Below are positions 12,650 through 25,575 of a DNA stretch of 64,000 nucleotides, piece by piece (positions within the stretch are counted from its first letter, which is position 1; every line of letters begins with the position of its first letter). Under the pieces are notes generated by a model. That model worked only from the letters and a program-made list of their open reading frames with translations. It was not told the DNA's origin and did not search any database. The stretch is taken from positions 62,001 through 126,000 of the forward strand of contig JAQGDQ010000318.1 in NCBI GenBank assembly GCA_030141605.1, written 5' to 3'. This DNA comes from Tubiluchus corallicola. Its lineage: Eukaryota > Animalia > Priapulida. Both the position numbers and the translations under genes were made by a program.

Positions 12650-14496
12650 GTATGTGTTTGTGGTCATGAAGAGTTCGTCAAAGTGTTGCAGGAATAATTG
12701 AAAATGAAGACTTAACCTCGAGGCTTAATTTTGCGCATAAGTACACTTATAATCAATAATACGCGAACATACTACATAGTCCTCGTTTATAACGCAAAGA
12801 AGGCAGCAGCTTTTACTGAATTAAAGTTTTACGGTTATAGACAGAGTATAATGGATAATGTCAGAACAAGTTTTGCAAAAAACGGCCGAAAAATGGCCAT
12901 TTTTGGAGGTTTTTCGCCCCCCGTTCCTCGCGGTGGGCCCGATTAAAAAAATAAACCCCCAATGGTACGACACTAGATTGAGACCTTTCGTTTGATGTAT
13001 AGATCGCCTCAAATGGTGCCGTCGTCGAAGCTGTAGCCTCGAATCTTATATATATATATATATATATATATAAGCCCATACCAGTAGAATTAATATATCC
13101 GACTATTAATGATGAATTTAACGAAAACTGTATGATTTTTAATATGCAGTTTTGAAGCACGATAAAAAGTAACGTTTAATATCTATAATTAGCATGAGCA
13201 TTCCAAACCAGAAATCGAATTTGAATTGAATCGAATTTATGACTTTCGAATCGAACTTCAGCATTTCGAATTCGAATTGAGATCGGAAGATTTTCGAACA
13301 ATTTTTCGAACCACCAGTAAAAGTTAGTCTTACAAAGATCGTGCATATTACTCGATTTTGTTCTGCAATAAAACCACTAATAGTGTGTTTAAAAATTGCG
13401 CACAGAAGTCACGCATAAATTATGCTAATTGCATGATGTTTGAAACGTTTTAATGATAAAGAATGTATGTGATTGAAGTGCTGAATTATTTGAATCTATA
13501 GTTTTGGGTTTTAATTGCGTTTGAATTAAAAAAACTGTTTGAATCGAATTAGAATGTTCGATGCACACCCCCACCTATAATAATGCCAAATCACTTCTGA
13601 ACATCGCAACTGATCATAATTTTCTACAGCCGACACATACCATGTTGTTGCATTATTTATGAAAGTGATCATTGACGAGCAGTGCGACTGTACAATGTTT
13701 AGCGTGATATACAAAATATTTTAGTTTAAAAATCTAAGCTTACTGCTGTGTTCATGCATGAGCTCAAATTTGTGCAGTAGATCACAACTCAACACCTCTG
13801 AGCTGAGAGGTACGGCATCTTCTTTTGTGCAATGGGCTTGCGAGATGCAGGCGCTAGTGCCCGTGTAACTAGTGAATGACGAAATGGATGCTACAAGGAA
13901 GAACTAACCAATCGAAGGCAAAATTGCCATTCTCTGGTCGTAACTCTTTCACGTAAATCATTCCTGAAAAAACAGTGTCTTCCCTTTCAGTATTTCACAG
14001 GGTAGTTTACTGTGATCTGTAGTTTAGGATCGAGTCCGGTTTTCGATTACGTGAACTTATCGAAAGGATGGCACGGGAGAAGCACTTATCGATCAATCAT
14101 TCCGTGCAAACGTATCAAATTTGTGAAAGAAATCAGATGGAATCAATTAATGACTGGAAATTGTAAAATAGTCTTTACTGCAAGCCGTAAACAAAGTCTT
14201 GCAATGTATATAATGTTAGAAAAAATGTCAAAGAAATCATTTTAGACATTCCACCTGTTAGACACTTTACCTGGTTTATTTTGGCACTCCACAAAATACC
14301 TAGATTGCGCATGGTAGTCGGTTTCACACTTTGACCGTAACGTACGCGCACTACCACTTCAAATGCTTCTTAACCACTTTTCTAACTTTGGAGATAAATT
14401 GTGAGAAGCTAGAATAAATGAATACTAGTCATGCATTAAATTAGAAGCCAGTATTGTTTAGTTTAATTTGACAAAGACCATATAGTGAAATCGTTA

Positions 14497-15112
14497 AAGG
14501 AAGGCAGGATAATTTTTCATATACTTCCCCATTTTGAAGTCCGATAAAAAGTAAATATTTTAACACGATTAATACTGCAAAAGCATACTGCAAATTCTGA
14601 TAATTAAATAATAGATTAAAAAGTTAATTAACAGCGGGCGAGCCCAATTACTGATGACATCACAAAGTAACATAAATTTCAAAGTAACATATGTTTGTGA
14701 AAGAGAAAATGGAATTACAGTGCTACTGTAAGATATTCAGTGTGTTGCACTAAAACTAGGGAAGTTGTAAGATAAAAATTCAAATTTCAAATTTACTGCC
14801 GTGCTCGCGCAAGAGCTGTCGAACTTGCTTTGTTTGTGACAAACTAACACATCTGAAGTGAGAGGTACAGCACCTGTTTTTGTGTATTGTGTTTCCGAAA
14901 TTCAGGCGCTAGTGCCCGCCTAACTAGCGAATGACGAAATGCACGTGACAGAGAAGAACTATTGACATGAGTGCGAAATTGTGTTTGTAATCCTTCTTTA
15001 ACGGTAATAATTCTTTCACGTAAGTCATTTTTGACAAATTAGTGTGTTCCTTTCAGTATTTTAAAGAGTTGATTCTTTTGACTTACAGTTTAAGATTGGG
15101 TCCGGTTTTACT
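14497..15112 (+). mobile_element. Kolobok-like non-autonomous element (related pieces about 3530-3630, 5830-6270, 13590-14045, 2655-2689)
   Basis: TTAA-AGGAAGGCAGGA start and TCCGGTTTTACT-TTAA end; shared core ...ACACCTCTGA..TGA.AG...CAGGCGCTAGTG. Confidence 0.6.
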
Positions 15113-15266
15113 TTAAGTACTTTCAACGCTCATGCAAGTTAAGGAGTCATTTTGCTTTATGAAAAACATGTTTATGCTAGCAGCTAAAATTTGATCTGAT
15201 TTTCAACACACATCGCTTCTGTTTTGTAATTACACCATCAATGTAATTTATTTAACTTCTTTTTAG

Positions 15267-15345
15267 GCAGTTTTTAAGGACTATGATAAAGATCGTTCGG
15301 GTACTGTGAGCACATACGGGTTGATAAAAGTTCTACGTCGCGCTG
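15267..15345 (+). CDS. Calpain exon (EF3)
   Basis: 79 bp; AVFKDYDKDRSGTVSTYGLIKVLRRAG. Confidence 0.92.
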
Positions 15346-16902
15346 GTAGGTTTTCTGCATGCAATTCTGCCACCTGGTGAGAAAATTATAAACCCACAGC
15401 TTTCTAATAATTTGCTATAGTACGATGCCTTGTTTGAGTCTTTCTACATCACTCGTTAAACCATATGAGTACAAGGTCAACACCATCAGATCCGTCGTGT
15501 TATTAGAAAGGTGAAACCGTAATGTTGAGATGCAAAATGGCTGGAAATGCTTGAAATTAAGCAACAGCGGTAAGTGGTAAGATGACTGAAGACATCCGTC
15601 CATCTTGCCAGACAAAATCCACAGTGATAGGTAAAATTTCCAGGTATACGTACATGCAGCCAAGCAGTACTGTTCTTTTACGAATCAACCAGTCGGAAGA
15701 CAGAATTTGTGTCACGTTCACGTAAAATGTAAACTCTACAGAACAGGCGATTATTCGTCAATTTCGCGCCGTACAATAATAACATAAGAGTCTGACAAAT
15801 ACGACATTCTCAATCTCAGCTAAGAACCAAGCAAGTACTTTTGTTACATTGTTATAAATTCACTTGCTTACATGTCATTTAATTAAAGTCATCCACCCAA
15901 CTGTCAACTAACGCGTGCAAAATATTTGGTCTAGCCATTATACTGTACATACATGCATTACGTCATGAGGTGTAATGAGTTGTAAAAACAATCAACTAAG
16001 CTCTGGTCATGGTTAGAAACAGGTGAAGAGCGTGTAGATGGGGCGGGCCACAGCAGAAATTGTTTTTTTAACATCGACCTCATATTAGCAGAACTTTGAG
16101 AAATCATCGTCTAAAACGGAGTTTCGTATTAAGCATATGTGATTGCATAAGTTTTATTGTAACATTGGCAAGAACATAATAAAATCATCGTACTATGGAA
16201 AATTTCGTTATAAGCCGATTCGTATTACCATGATTCGTGTCGCTTATAGTACCGAGTACGCGATTGTAATATTACGTGATCCATTTAATTGTCAGTCTAC
16301 TACACTAAGGTACTGAATTAGTCTATGCTGCCATCTACAGTCGTTGTTTTACTCTAATTATACAGTTTGTCAGATATTGATTTTTGTTTCTAAATATTGT
16401 TTCCTTTTGCTTTTATAGACATTCATTAATCAGAGTAATTAGATTGTTAATTTCATGCTTTAATTCTGGTTCTAACTCTCTTATTCAAGTTAAAATAGGG
16501 AGAAAATGTAACAGCTTTCTGTAAACCAATAATCTTTATACTGCTCTCAAAGAAGCCAAGTAGACTTTGATTTTGGTTTAACTAGTAGTCTGTAGAGTAT
16601 AGGTGACCTTTCCATTTATGGTCTGTATGCATGAATGCCATGTTCCTTCCAATAGGAACTTGAATCTCTGGTCATGTGATTACAGCTTTATTCTCTCAGG
16701 CATGCAAGTTTCAACTGATCTAGAGACAGCATTGAGAAAGGATGCAAATTTTCTACTGTTAAATATCATATTGCTAACTTTTTGACTGTTTGTTCAATTT
16801 TGTGATTGATGTGAACAGTGTGTACGTTTTTGCAATAAAATGATTGCAAATTGTATATCACTATTAGATATTGACTCTTATCTTTGTTTTTGTTCCTTGT
16901 AG

Positions 16903-17019
16903 GTTTTCGTCTTAGTTCAGACGTCTGTAAAGCGATTGTGATGAGGTATGGCAATAGTATGAACAACGTCAATTTTGCCGATTTTATAGCGTGCGCGGTA
17001 AAATTGAGGACCTTGCTTG
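16903..17019 (+). CDS. Calpain exon (EF4)
   Basis: 117 bp; GFRLSSDVCKAIVMRYGNSMNNVNFADFIACAVKLRTLL. Confidence 0.92.
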
Positions 17020-17241
17020 GTAAGCCTTTGGTGTTCAGATTAGCCATACTTAGGCTTTACTTAGGCTTTATTTACACTTTACTTAAGTAACTTATTTGTT
17101 GCTATGGTGTTTACAAGGGTAATTTAAAACTTTTTCGTTTTTGTTTTAAGTAAGTTTTACATGCGGTTTCATTGTTTCACATTCATAGTAATTTCCTAAC
17201 GAATATTTTGTTTCAGTAAGCGGAGTAATATTTAAGCATAA

Positions 17242-18835
17242 TCCTTAGCCGACCAAGGGGTTTTTGTATTACAATAAAAGCAGAGCAGGGTAAAAAATAC
17301 CACATGAAAGTTTTGCGTAACAGGTAGTGTTACTAACCGGACAGAATAGCCAACTGGTAACTAAGGTGCTCCTGTTAGTACAAAACCAAGTTCTGTGGCA
17401 AGTTGGCATAGATATGTGAATACACGAAGGATAAAGAGAAGCTTTCCACTATTGCACTATATTATTTATGTTTGGTTTATCAAGTTTTGTGAAAATTTTT
17501 ATAATAACCTAACGATGTTCACTGTTTAATTCTAAGACATCCACTTTGTCTTCACTTGCTGCATCTTCTAAAATTTTATCTTCATCAGCTTCAAGCTTAG
17601 TCACCTGCATAGCTAAAGTTCCCGCCATATTTCTAATGAAGAATGACCACAAACTTTAATATGAATGTCCACAAACTTTAATATGACTGTCCACAAACTT
17701 TAATATGAATGTCCACAAACTTTAATATGAATGTCCACAAACTTTAATATGACTGTCCACAAACTTTAATATGACTGTCCACAAACTTTAATATGAATGT
17801 CCACAAACTTTAATATGAATGTCCACAAACTTTAATATGAATGTCCACAAACTTTAATATGAATGTCCACAAACTTTAATATGACTGTCCACAAACTTTA
17901 ATATGAATGTCCACAAACTTTAATATGAATGTCCACAAACTTTAATATGAATGTCCACAAACTTTAATATGAATGTCCACAAACTTTAATATGAATGTCC
18001 ACAAACTTTAATATGAATGTCCACAAACTTTAATATGAATGTCCACAAACTTTAATATGACTGTCCACAAACTTTAATATGACTGTCCACAAACTTTAAT
18101 ATGAATGTCCACAAACTTTAATATGAATGTCCACAAACTTTAATATGAATGTCCACAAACTTTAATATGAATGTCCACAAACTTTAATATGAATGTCCAC
18201 AAACTTTAATATGAATGTCCACAAACTTTAATATGACTGTCCACAAACTTTAATATGACTGTCCACAAACTTTAATATGACTGTCCACAAACTTTAATAT
18301 GAATGTCCACAAACTTTAATATGACTGTCCACAAACTTTAATATGAATGTCCACAAACTTTAATATGAATGTCCACAAACTTTAATATGAATGTCCACAA
18401 GCTTTAATACGAATGTCCACAAACTTTAGTATGAATGTCCACAAGCTTCAATATGAAATTTCCTCGGCAGATCGTTAGGAAAATTACTTTGCAGATCTGT
18501 AGGCAGAATTGGAGGTTTGCAGCACTTCTCAGTTTTAAAAGTAAACACATGTTGCTGACAGAAAGAAAAATACTGCAAGGTAAATTACAAAGTTTTCCCT
18601 ACATAAAACACAAAATGGGGTAGTAAGTTACGCCACATCAAGTAGTATCTGGCACCCGTGCTTTGTAAAAAACCATGAATAATACTTTTCAACAAAATCA
18701 AGGTATGTTTGCATAGCAAATCAATAAATATTCAATCGCTATTAGTTTGAAAATTTTGCGTTGCGTACATCAATATAAAAAAAGTGAGCAAACACTCGTG
18801 GGGTAATTTTCTACCCCACCTTGGTCGGCTAAGGG
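17242..18835. mobile_element. piggyBac-like non-autonomous element carrying an internal minisatellite
   Basis: TIR (T)CCTTAGCCGACCAAGG / CCTTGGTCGGCTAAGGG; flanks ATAA and TTAA. Confidence 0.85.
17641..18457. repeat. 22-bp minisatellite, about 37 copies (GTCCACAAACTTTAATATGA[A/C]T)
   Basis: Direct reading; no spacers. Confidence 0.98.
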
Positions 18836-19523
18836 TTAAATGACAAATCAGTTTGCTTATGAAATAGCAATTCCATTTTGTTTATTGATAATATTCTCTA
18901 ATTTTGACACATCCAGAAGCGTGAAATGAAATACAGGGTGCCTCATAAGTCGCTGCTCGCTACATTTTCTTATTTTTTCAACAAATGAAGCAAAATGTTT
19001 GAAAATTTATACAGATGAAGTAAAATCTTGGGCAATTTTTTTGGTCAAGTTAGATGGAAATCTGAAAAGAGCTACTGCACCAATAGACTTTCCTGTTTTT
19101 GTTACCTCCTTCAGGGACCTCAATTTAATAACAAGCCAGTCATCTTGCATTGAGAAAGTCTCTCACAGATCGTGAGTGGTGAGGCAGGACGGTGCACCTT
19201 GTTGAAATACTACATTGTTAATTGTGAAAGAATAAAATTTTCCATATGGTGCTTGGTGATCGCAGGACCTTCTGCCAGGCTGATTTTGCACCTTATTTCT
19301 AATGTTACTGTTGTTGTCATAGCAACGTGTGTCCAATTAAAGAATAAATCAAAAGAATTGCTAAAGACCCCTTTGATTCATGTAAGAGCTTTCTGAAATT
19401 GGTGAAAAATTTAAAAAGAAAATTAAAAATCAAAACGTATAGTGACTTTTGAGTTACCTTACTTTTATTTCTTTTTTTGTGTAATTATATGTAATAAAAT
19501 ATTTTTATTTTATTTTTTTGCAG

Positions 19524-19567
19524 TTAGATATCGAATTTTCAATCCGGCTGGTATGAGCTTTGAAGAG
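19524..19567 (+). CDS. Calpain penultimate exon (EF5, shortened)
   Basis: Polypyrimidine+CAG acceptor, GTAGGC donor; VRYRIFNPAGMSFEE keeps frame. Confidence 0.75.
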
Positions 19568-20479
19568 GTAGGCAACTTTGTAACAATAGTGTGCTGCCAT
19601 CTGTTGAACAGTATTAGTTTGCATACATATGCAGTGTATTTTTGATGCGTTTAGTCCATCATACTTTCATCATGTCTGCTCTTCTGATTTTCGTCAAGTC
19701 TGATTTTCAGAAGACTTTTTTTAACACTGTTGGTGAAATCTGGCATCCTAGGCTACACCCTAGTTAGCCAACACTCATATCTCGGTTTGCCGGACAAAAG
19801 CGGGGAGACATCAGTCCGAATTGTCCATATTTTTCGATGCTAAGCTAATGTAATAGGTACTGTGTATTAGACTCACTGTAATGTAAAATCAGTCGCCTAA
19901 TTGTCTCAAAAAGGTCTAGTACGACCCGCTCCTATGCAAAAATATATAAAAACTGTTGGCAATTGACTCAAATAACTCTGCATAATTGACTCTAAACCGC
20001 TTACAGATGCTGACATACAAGCTACACACGTGTCGTTACATGCTGTTTCGATGTAAACAAGGTGACGGCCTGCCAACTAGCGGTCAGCTCGCGAAACAAT
20101 GGACTATCTCCGTAGTATGCGGGACGCTTTAACGTAACAGATTTTGTCCAAATTTTTCGATATCCGTAAAAGCGACGTCCGACAAACCAAGAAACGAGTG
20201 AATTTGTATTGGTTAATACGCTTTTTGTTGTATTTCAGCATTTGCCATATTTGTATTATGTGTTTTTAATTAGCTAAATATGTTTTTTTCCACTTAGGGT
20301 GCTAGTTTTTTTTCTGTCTCTTAACCATCTATCTCTTAATCTTATAAATGAACTGCCCTTGTTTGCTTCTATTTTAATTAAGTATTCTCTTGGCTACAGA
20401 GATTCTGTTTCTTAGGCAATGTTTTTATTTATGGCAGAAAATAGTCTTTATAGACTAATGATCGACGTTAAATAAAATA

Positions 20480-20820
20480 AACTGTAACTGTGAGCTGTAA
20501 CTGTGAACTGTAAACTGGAACCTGTAACTGTAATGTGTAACCTGTAACTGTAACGTGTAACCTGTAACTGTAATGGTGAACTGTAAACTGTAACTGTGAA
20601 CTGTGAACTGTAACCTGTAACTGTAACTGTGAACTGGAACTGTAACCTGTAACTGTGAACTGGAACTGTAACCTGTAACTGTAAACTGTGATTGTAACCT
20701 GTAACTGTAAACTGTGAACTGTATCCTGTAACTGTAACTGTGAACTGTAACTGTGAACTATAACTATGAACTGTAACTATGAACTGTAAGTATAACCTGT
20801 AACTGTAAACTGTAACTACA
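20480..20820. repeat. Complex 6-7-bp repeat (ACTGTA/ACCTGTA/ACTGTGA)
   Basis: Direct reading. Confidence 0.95.
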
Positions 20821-20945
20821 CAGCATATTTGGCATAGTTTCACCCAGCATATTTCAGTGTTCTGTAGAAACTTTTCACAGCCCCCTAACAAGGTTACTAT
20901 CTTTTAGTTGTTTGCGTCATATTTACTTTTTCAACTATTTTTCAG

Positions 20946-20966
20946 TGGTTGGAGGCATCGCTGTAG
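20946..20966 (+). CDS. Calpain terminal coding exon
   Basis: TTTTTCAG acceptor then WLEASL*, like the calpain C-terminal W(L) helix; AATAAA at about 21125 and 21301. Confidence 0.75.
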   Translation, partial: WLEASL

Positions 20967-22819
20967 CTGAGAGTTCTTCGCTTATCCAACTATTGTAAAA
21001 ACAAGACATTAAGATATCAGTACCAATCCTTGGTGAAGCCCATTCTTCATATTTCTTTTGAGCCAAAAGTTGGTTTTGTTTGTTTATGTTGCTTTCTTTT
21101 AGATATTCTAGAAACATTGACCCAAATAAATAGAGATTTCAGTTTCAAATGCTCAGCAAGAACTTTTTACAATTTAAATTTCTGTTTTTCTCCTGTTATT
21201 CTTGTTGTTTACCATTGTTTTTATTTGTTATTTGTAATTAAATTTTATTATTTTGTTTTATTTTACATTTTGATGTATTTCTGCCAGCTTTCAGTCATAA
21301 AATAAAAAATAATATATTTGCTCCTGTTATTTAAAGAACTTGAAGCTTATTTTCTGTTACGTTAACATTATCGTGCGATCAGTTTCTTTTGCAACCAAAT
21401 GTTTGCTGGGGGGGGGGAAGTTGTTACTTTTTATGAACTTCGCACTTAGTAAGCCAAAAAAGCCTCCACTCATCTGCAAAGTCTGCTACATTTATTGTGT
21501 CCGTGTGACAGGACCGGTACTTCGCTCTTTATACATCTTTTGTAAGCAATTTTTAGTTAATCAGCAATGGTGTGTTAATCTGGTGCTTATATGCAGCGAA
21601 AAGTTGGAGACAGTGAAACAAATAAACTAAATGTGTGCAGCTTGCAAACTGAAACCATCCATAAGTCATCATACTTAAAACTACGTTATGATGCTTCAAC
21701 ATAGAATGCACCAAAAATTTGGTTAAATGTTAATTTTTTGTTTTTTTTTTATAAAAACAAACACCAAGTATATGGGATTTTTATATTCTAGAATCACATT
21801 ATCAAGAAAATGTTCAAAAAATTCTAAAAATCTAATTTTGTAATCCCATACACATTTTTCTCTCTAGAAACTTGTACTACAATTGTAAAAACTCCTATTT
21901 TCAAACTGCGATAGTAGCTCGTGGGAGCAATCATTTTGCTTCGGGTTTTTCTGTTGCCAAGCCCAGATCTTTGCCAGGAAGAGCCATCTACTGGATTTAA
22001 ACATAACTTCAATGTGTTCTTGCAAAGTCCATAGCAACCAATTTTTGTGCGGTTGCTAAGTGTATTGTTGAGACACGACAAAAAACAATGGCTAGCATTA
22101 GCAGTGATTTTCTCAAGATTATGTTTTGCAGTGTGCAGCCTGCACCTCAACTTCAACGTGGATTATCTCAGCTTAGAAATAACATAGAGCGATTAACTTG
22201 CTACGAAAATGATCCACATGAAATGGACATTCAGGGTATGTGAATAACTTAAAAAACTTAATTGCTGACTAATGGACCATGTTGCTATGGAAACACACAA
22301 ATGAAATTACTAAAAACAAGTTGATTCCGTCACCGTGGTCAATCTATAATAGATAAGGATCTGTTTACTCACCCCATTCATTGTTATGTGGTCACCTAAA
22401 TTGTTATTCACTTGTTCATTATTATTATATTTATGAAGCTCAAAAAATCGTCAAAAAAATTAAATAAAATATACAATCAAGTACATACATACAGTCGAAC
22501 CATAAAATAGATATGTGTATAGTTGTATAAGCGTACACAAATTTTGAAACAACACTACTAGCTAACAATTAACTAATTAGAATGCCATCTCTTAATGTCC
22601 AGATTTTTGTCAAAACGAAGTTTAACTATATTTGCATAGACATGCATGTATTAATACACCTCGTTTTCACGCCAACTTTTTCTGAAGTCGGAATAAAGAA
22701 GTTTGGTTTTAATCACTTATTCTTACTCACAAAGTCTAACCTATCATTTTAGCAATTTCTCTTTTAATAAGGTATCAGAAATCCAGACAACTTACAAAAA
22801 CTTTATCTTTGCACTACCC

Positions 22820-22956
22820 GGTGGCGCCACATTACAAAAACAAAAATCAGCTGACAACATCAGACCCGCCCACGTGAGCGGCGCGAAGGAGCGGAGACTG
22901 AGGAGTCAGTGTGGAGAGTACAATGGTTTGTTGATTTTGGCATCTGCATTAGCAAA
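22820..22956 (+). promoter_or_regulatory. Candidate DHCR24 proximal promoter
   Basis: CpG-rich patch with CCCGCCC GC box overlapping CACGTG E-box at about 22865-22876, just upstream of the ATG. Confidence 0.45.
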
Positions 22957-23130
22957 ATGAGCATTTTCGAACATTTAATTGTAAAATACAGGTGGATTTT
23001 CGTCTGCTGTTTCTTGCTGCCAGCGTCCGTGATTTACGACGCATTATTTTACGTGCGAAATTGGTTCGTTTTCAGACTGTCTTCGGCTCCAAAGCAGCAT
23101 GAGGCCAAAGTCGCTGACGTACAAAAACAG
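22957..23130 (+). CDS. DHCR24: Delta(24)-sterol reductase, exon 1
   Basis: MSIFEHLIVKYRWIFVCCFLLPAS...SSAPKQHEAKVADVQKQ matches the DHCR24 N-terminus; phase-0 donor. Confidence 0.93.
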
Positions 23131-23334
23131 GTTTGAAAGCTTTAATTAATCACCTATTCAATTCATTCACCGTAATTTGGCCAGCTGTTAATGGCTAGTT
23201 AATTGTTGCGCCCAACTGTATTGCGTGAAAGGTTGGTCAAGTAAAAGAGACGTACTCGTAGTCTAGTAGAAAAATAATTAATGAAATATTAAATTTTTAT
23301 TTAAATAATTAAAATCTTAAGCATACAAAGTAAT

Positions 23335-23737
23335 CAGGGGGCTGATACAGGTTTCATAACAACGGTGGGCCCAACAGAAAAGAAATTAGGAGGTCTGGGG
23401 GAACAATGTAAGTTCCCCAGGGAGGACAACAATACATTTTGCTGCATTTTAGACCACTTTTCTGCCTTCTAGAAGCCTTTTAGAACAGGTGTTACCTCGC
23501 CTTTGACTCAAAAATACATATCAATATTTCCATATAAACTATACTGCATACATGATGTACGTAACTTTCATCTGTTTTCTTGTGATATACGATTTTTAAA
23601 GATATGAGGCACGTTTAGGATCTAGCAAATTGTTCTAATGCTTATAATTCAGAGAAAATATTAATTTGGTGTATTGTAACAGTTACTGCGCAAGGGAGGG
23701 CCCAGCTCCTTGGGCCCGCCACCTAAATCCACCACTG
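23335..23737. mobile_element. MITE in DHCR24 intron with apparent 5-bp TSD GTAAT
   Basis: Imperfect TIR CAGGGGGCTGATACAGG / CCTAAATCCACCACTG; GTAAT flanks restored when the adjacent hAT element is removed. Confidence 0.6.
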
Positions 23738-23741
23738 GTAA

Positions 23742-24225
23742 CAGTGGCGGATTATGATTTTATGGGCCTTAGGCTTGAGCTTGGAACGGGCCTTTTAAAT
23801 GTTGCTACACTGCTGAGCTGACGTGTTTTTGTGGAGCTCTCGTCGTTTGTAAAGGATGACAAATTAAACAATTTATCACTGATGCATATTGAGTCAGATA
23901 TGTTGAAAAAAATCCACTTTTCAGAAATTATAACTGACTTTGTCCCCAGAAAAATTCGGAAACTGAAATTTTGAACTTAAACTTAAACTGTGTAAACGTG
24001 AATTGTGTAAACTTAAATTGTGTAAACTTGATTTGTGTAAACCCGATTTGAAATATAGTGACTAACTTTTGAAAAAAAAACTTTTTTCTATATTTTATTT
24101 TGGCGGGCCCCTTGCTCTTTTGTCAATTTATTTTTTTACAACAAAAAATTTTTTTTCGTTTTATTTTGCCGGGCCCCTTTTGATCCCGGGCCTTAGGCTT
24201 CAGCCTATAGGGCTATCCGCTACAG
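23742..24225 (+). mobile_element. hAT deletion derivative with transposase C-terminal remnant
   Basis: Perfect 8-bp TSD ACTGGTAA; TIR CAGTGGCGGAT / ATCCGCTACAG; 23855-23974 reads DDKLNNLSLMHIESDMLKKIHFSEIITDFVPRKIRK, hAT dimerisation-domain tail. Confidence 0.9.
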
Positions 24226-25575
24226 ACTGGTAATAGTACAATGTACATTAGAAATGTCTACTATGTACACAGACAGTATACTAATCAATCATCATCGTAT
24301 GAGCATGACTGAATACTGGCAATAGCGTCATCTACAAGTAATTACTACGAAAAATATACTATAATAATTATAAAACTATTGGAAATTAATAAACTATATG
24401 ACACACAGAGATTCTTTACTAAAATAACAAATGCTTCGACTCAAGTAATTCTGAATTTGAATTTAGCATAATGCAGGTTTCGATTACAATAGTTGATCAG
24501 AATGAACATTTTTATTATTCTTGTTCAGCTTGTTGACTTTAACAAAATTTTACATTTTATTCCAAAAATGTCAGTCTTGAGCATCTATAATTTATAAGTA
24601 GTGACACATGCGGTGAAATCAGTATAGCGTAAGTAAAAAGCGTAAAAATTAAGTAAAATATAAAAATGTTTCCCTAATGGTTCAGTAAGTAAATTATTAG
24701 AAAGACAAAGACCTACAATTTGAGTAATAGTGGGAAAATGCCTAGAATCATTCACCATGAATGGTGCTATACCTTCCTTGTTTAGTTTAAGTGGCACCAG
24801 GTTAAAATTTCTCACCTTTTTTGTCAATAGATAGCACCACATTATGCATTTCATATCCCTACTGTGTAGATGTATTAGCCTAATGATGATAATACATCTA
24901 ATCTAGGCTAAGATGTATTATCCTAATGACAAATTTTTTATTGAACATTTTATAATACTATAACATGCAGAGAGTGGCTCCATATGCAGACAGTAATTTA
25001 CAAAAGTTTAACAAATTTACGGCACAATACAGTGCAATCTTGTTTGTTAGCGAAATAAAAAAATGATAAACGGTGGGAAACTTCGTTACAGATCTTACAT
25101 GCGTTATTCTACGCTACTTCCCGTTTGCAGGTGTGCAATCAAATCTCCGTTAACCTGAGTACAAGGGAAATGAGCAAACTGATGCTATGTTTTTAAAGTA
25201 AAAAAATTTAAACTGTGCAAAAGTTCCAAATGACATTAAATTAACATTATTTCATTAAGTGTATGACGTCAGTAAACTATTGAACTACATTGGACATGAA
25301 GGATTTCTCTTAATTCATGTAGAGTAAATGTTTAATGACTGTCTTAGAGTTTTAAAATGAGTCGTGAGTTTGAAAACTTTACAATAACAGCTTTGAGAGG
25401 GCTTCATTGGAAAAAGCTGTGACACTTGGCTTCCCTGCATTGTAAATAATGTGATACAGGTAAACAAATTAGTTTCATGCCTATTAACTCTTGCTATGTT
25501 CTTTGACTGGAGATTCTTATTTGCGACCAATTACGGCTATGTGTAGTGACGTAATTTTTTTATACATTTATGCAG

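Noticed and set aside
13205-13310. Heat-shock element cluster (many TTCGAA)
   Set aside because: Looks like subterminal repeats of a MITE spanning about 13190-13570, mirrored at its other end
17641-18457. CRISPR-like array
   Set aside because: Head-to-tail 22-bp units with no unique spacers, eukaryotic intron, no cas genes
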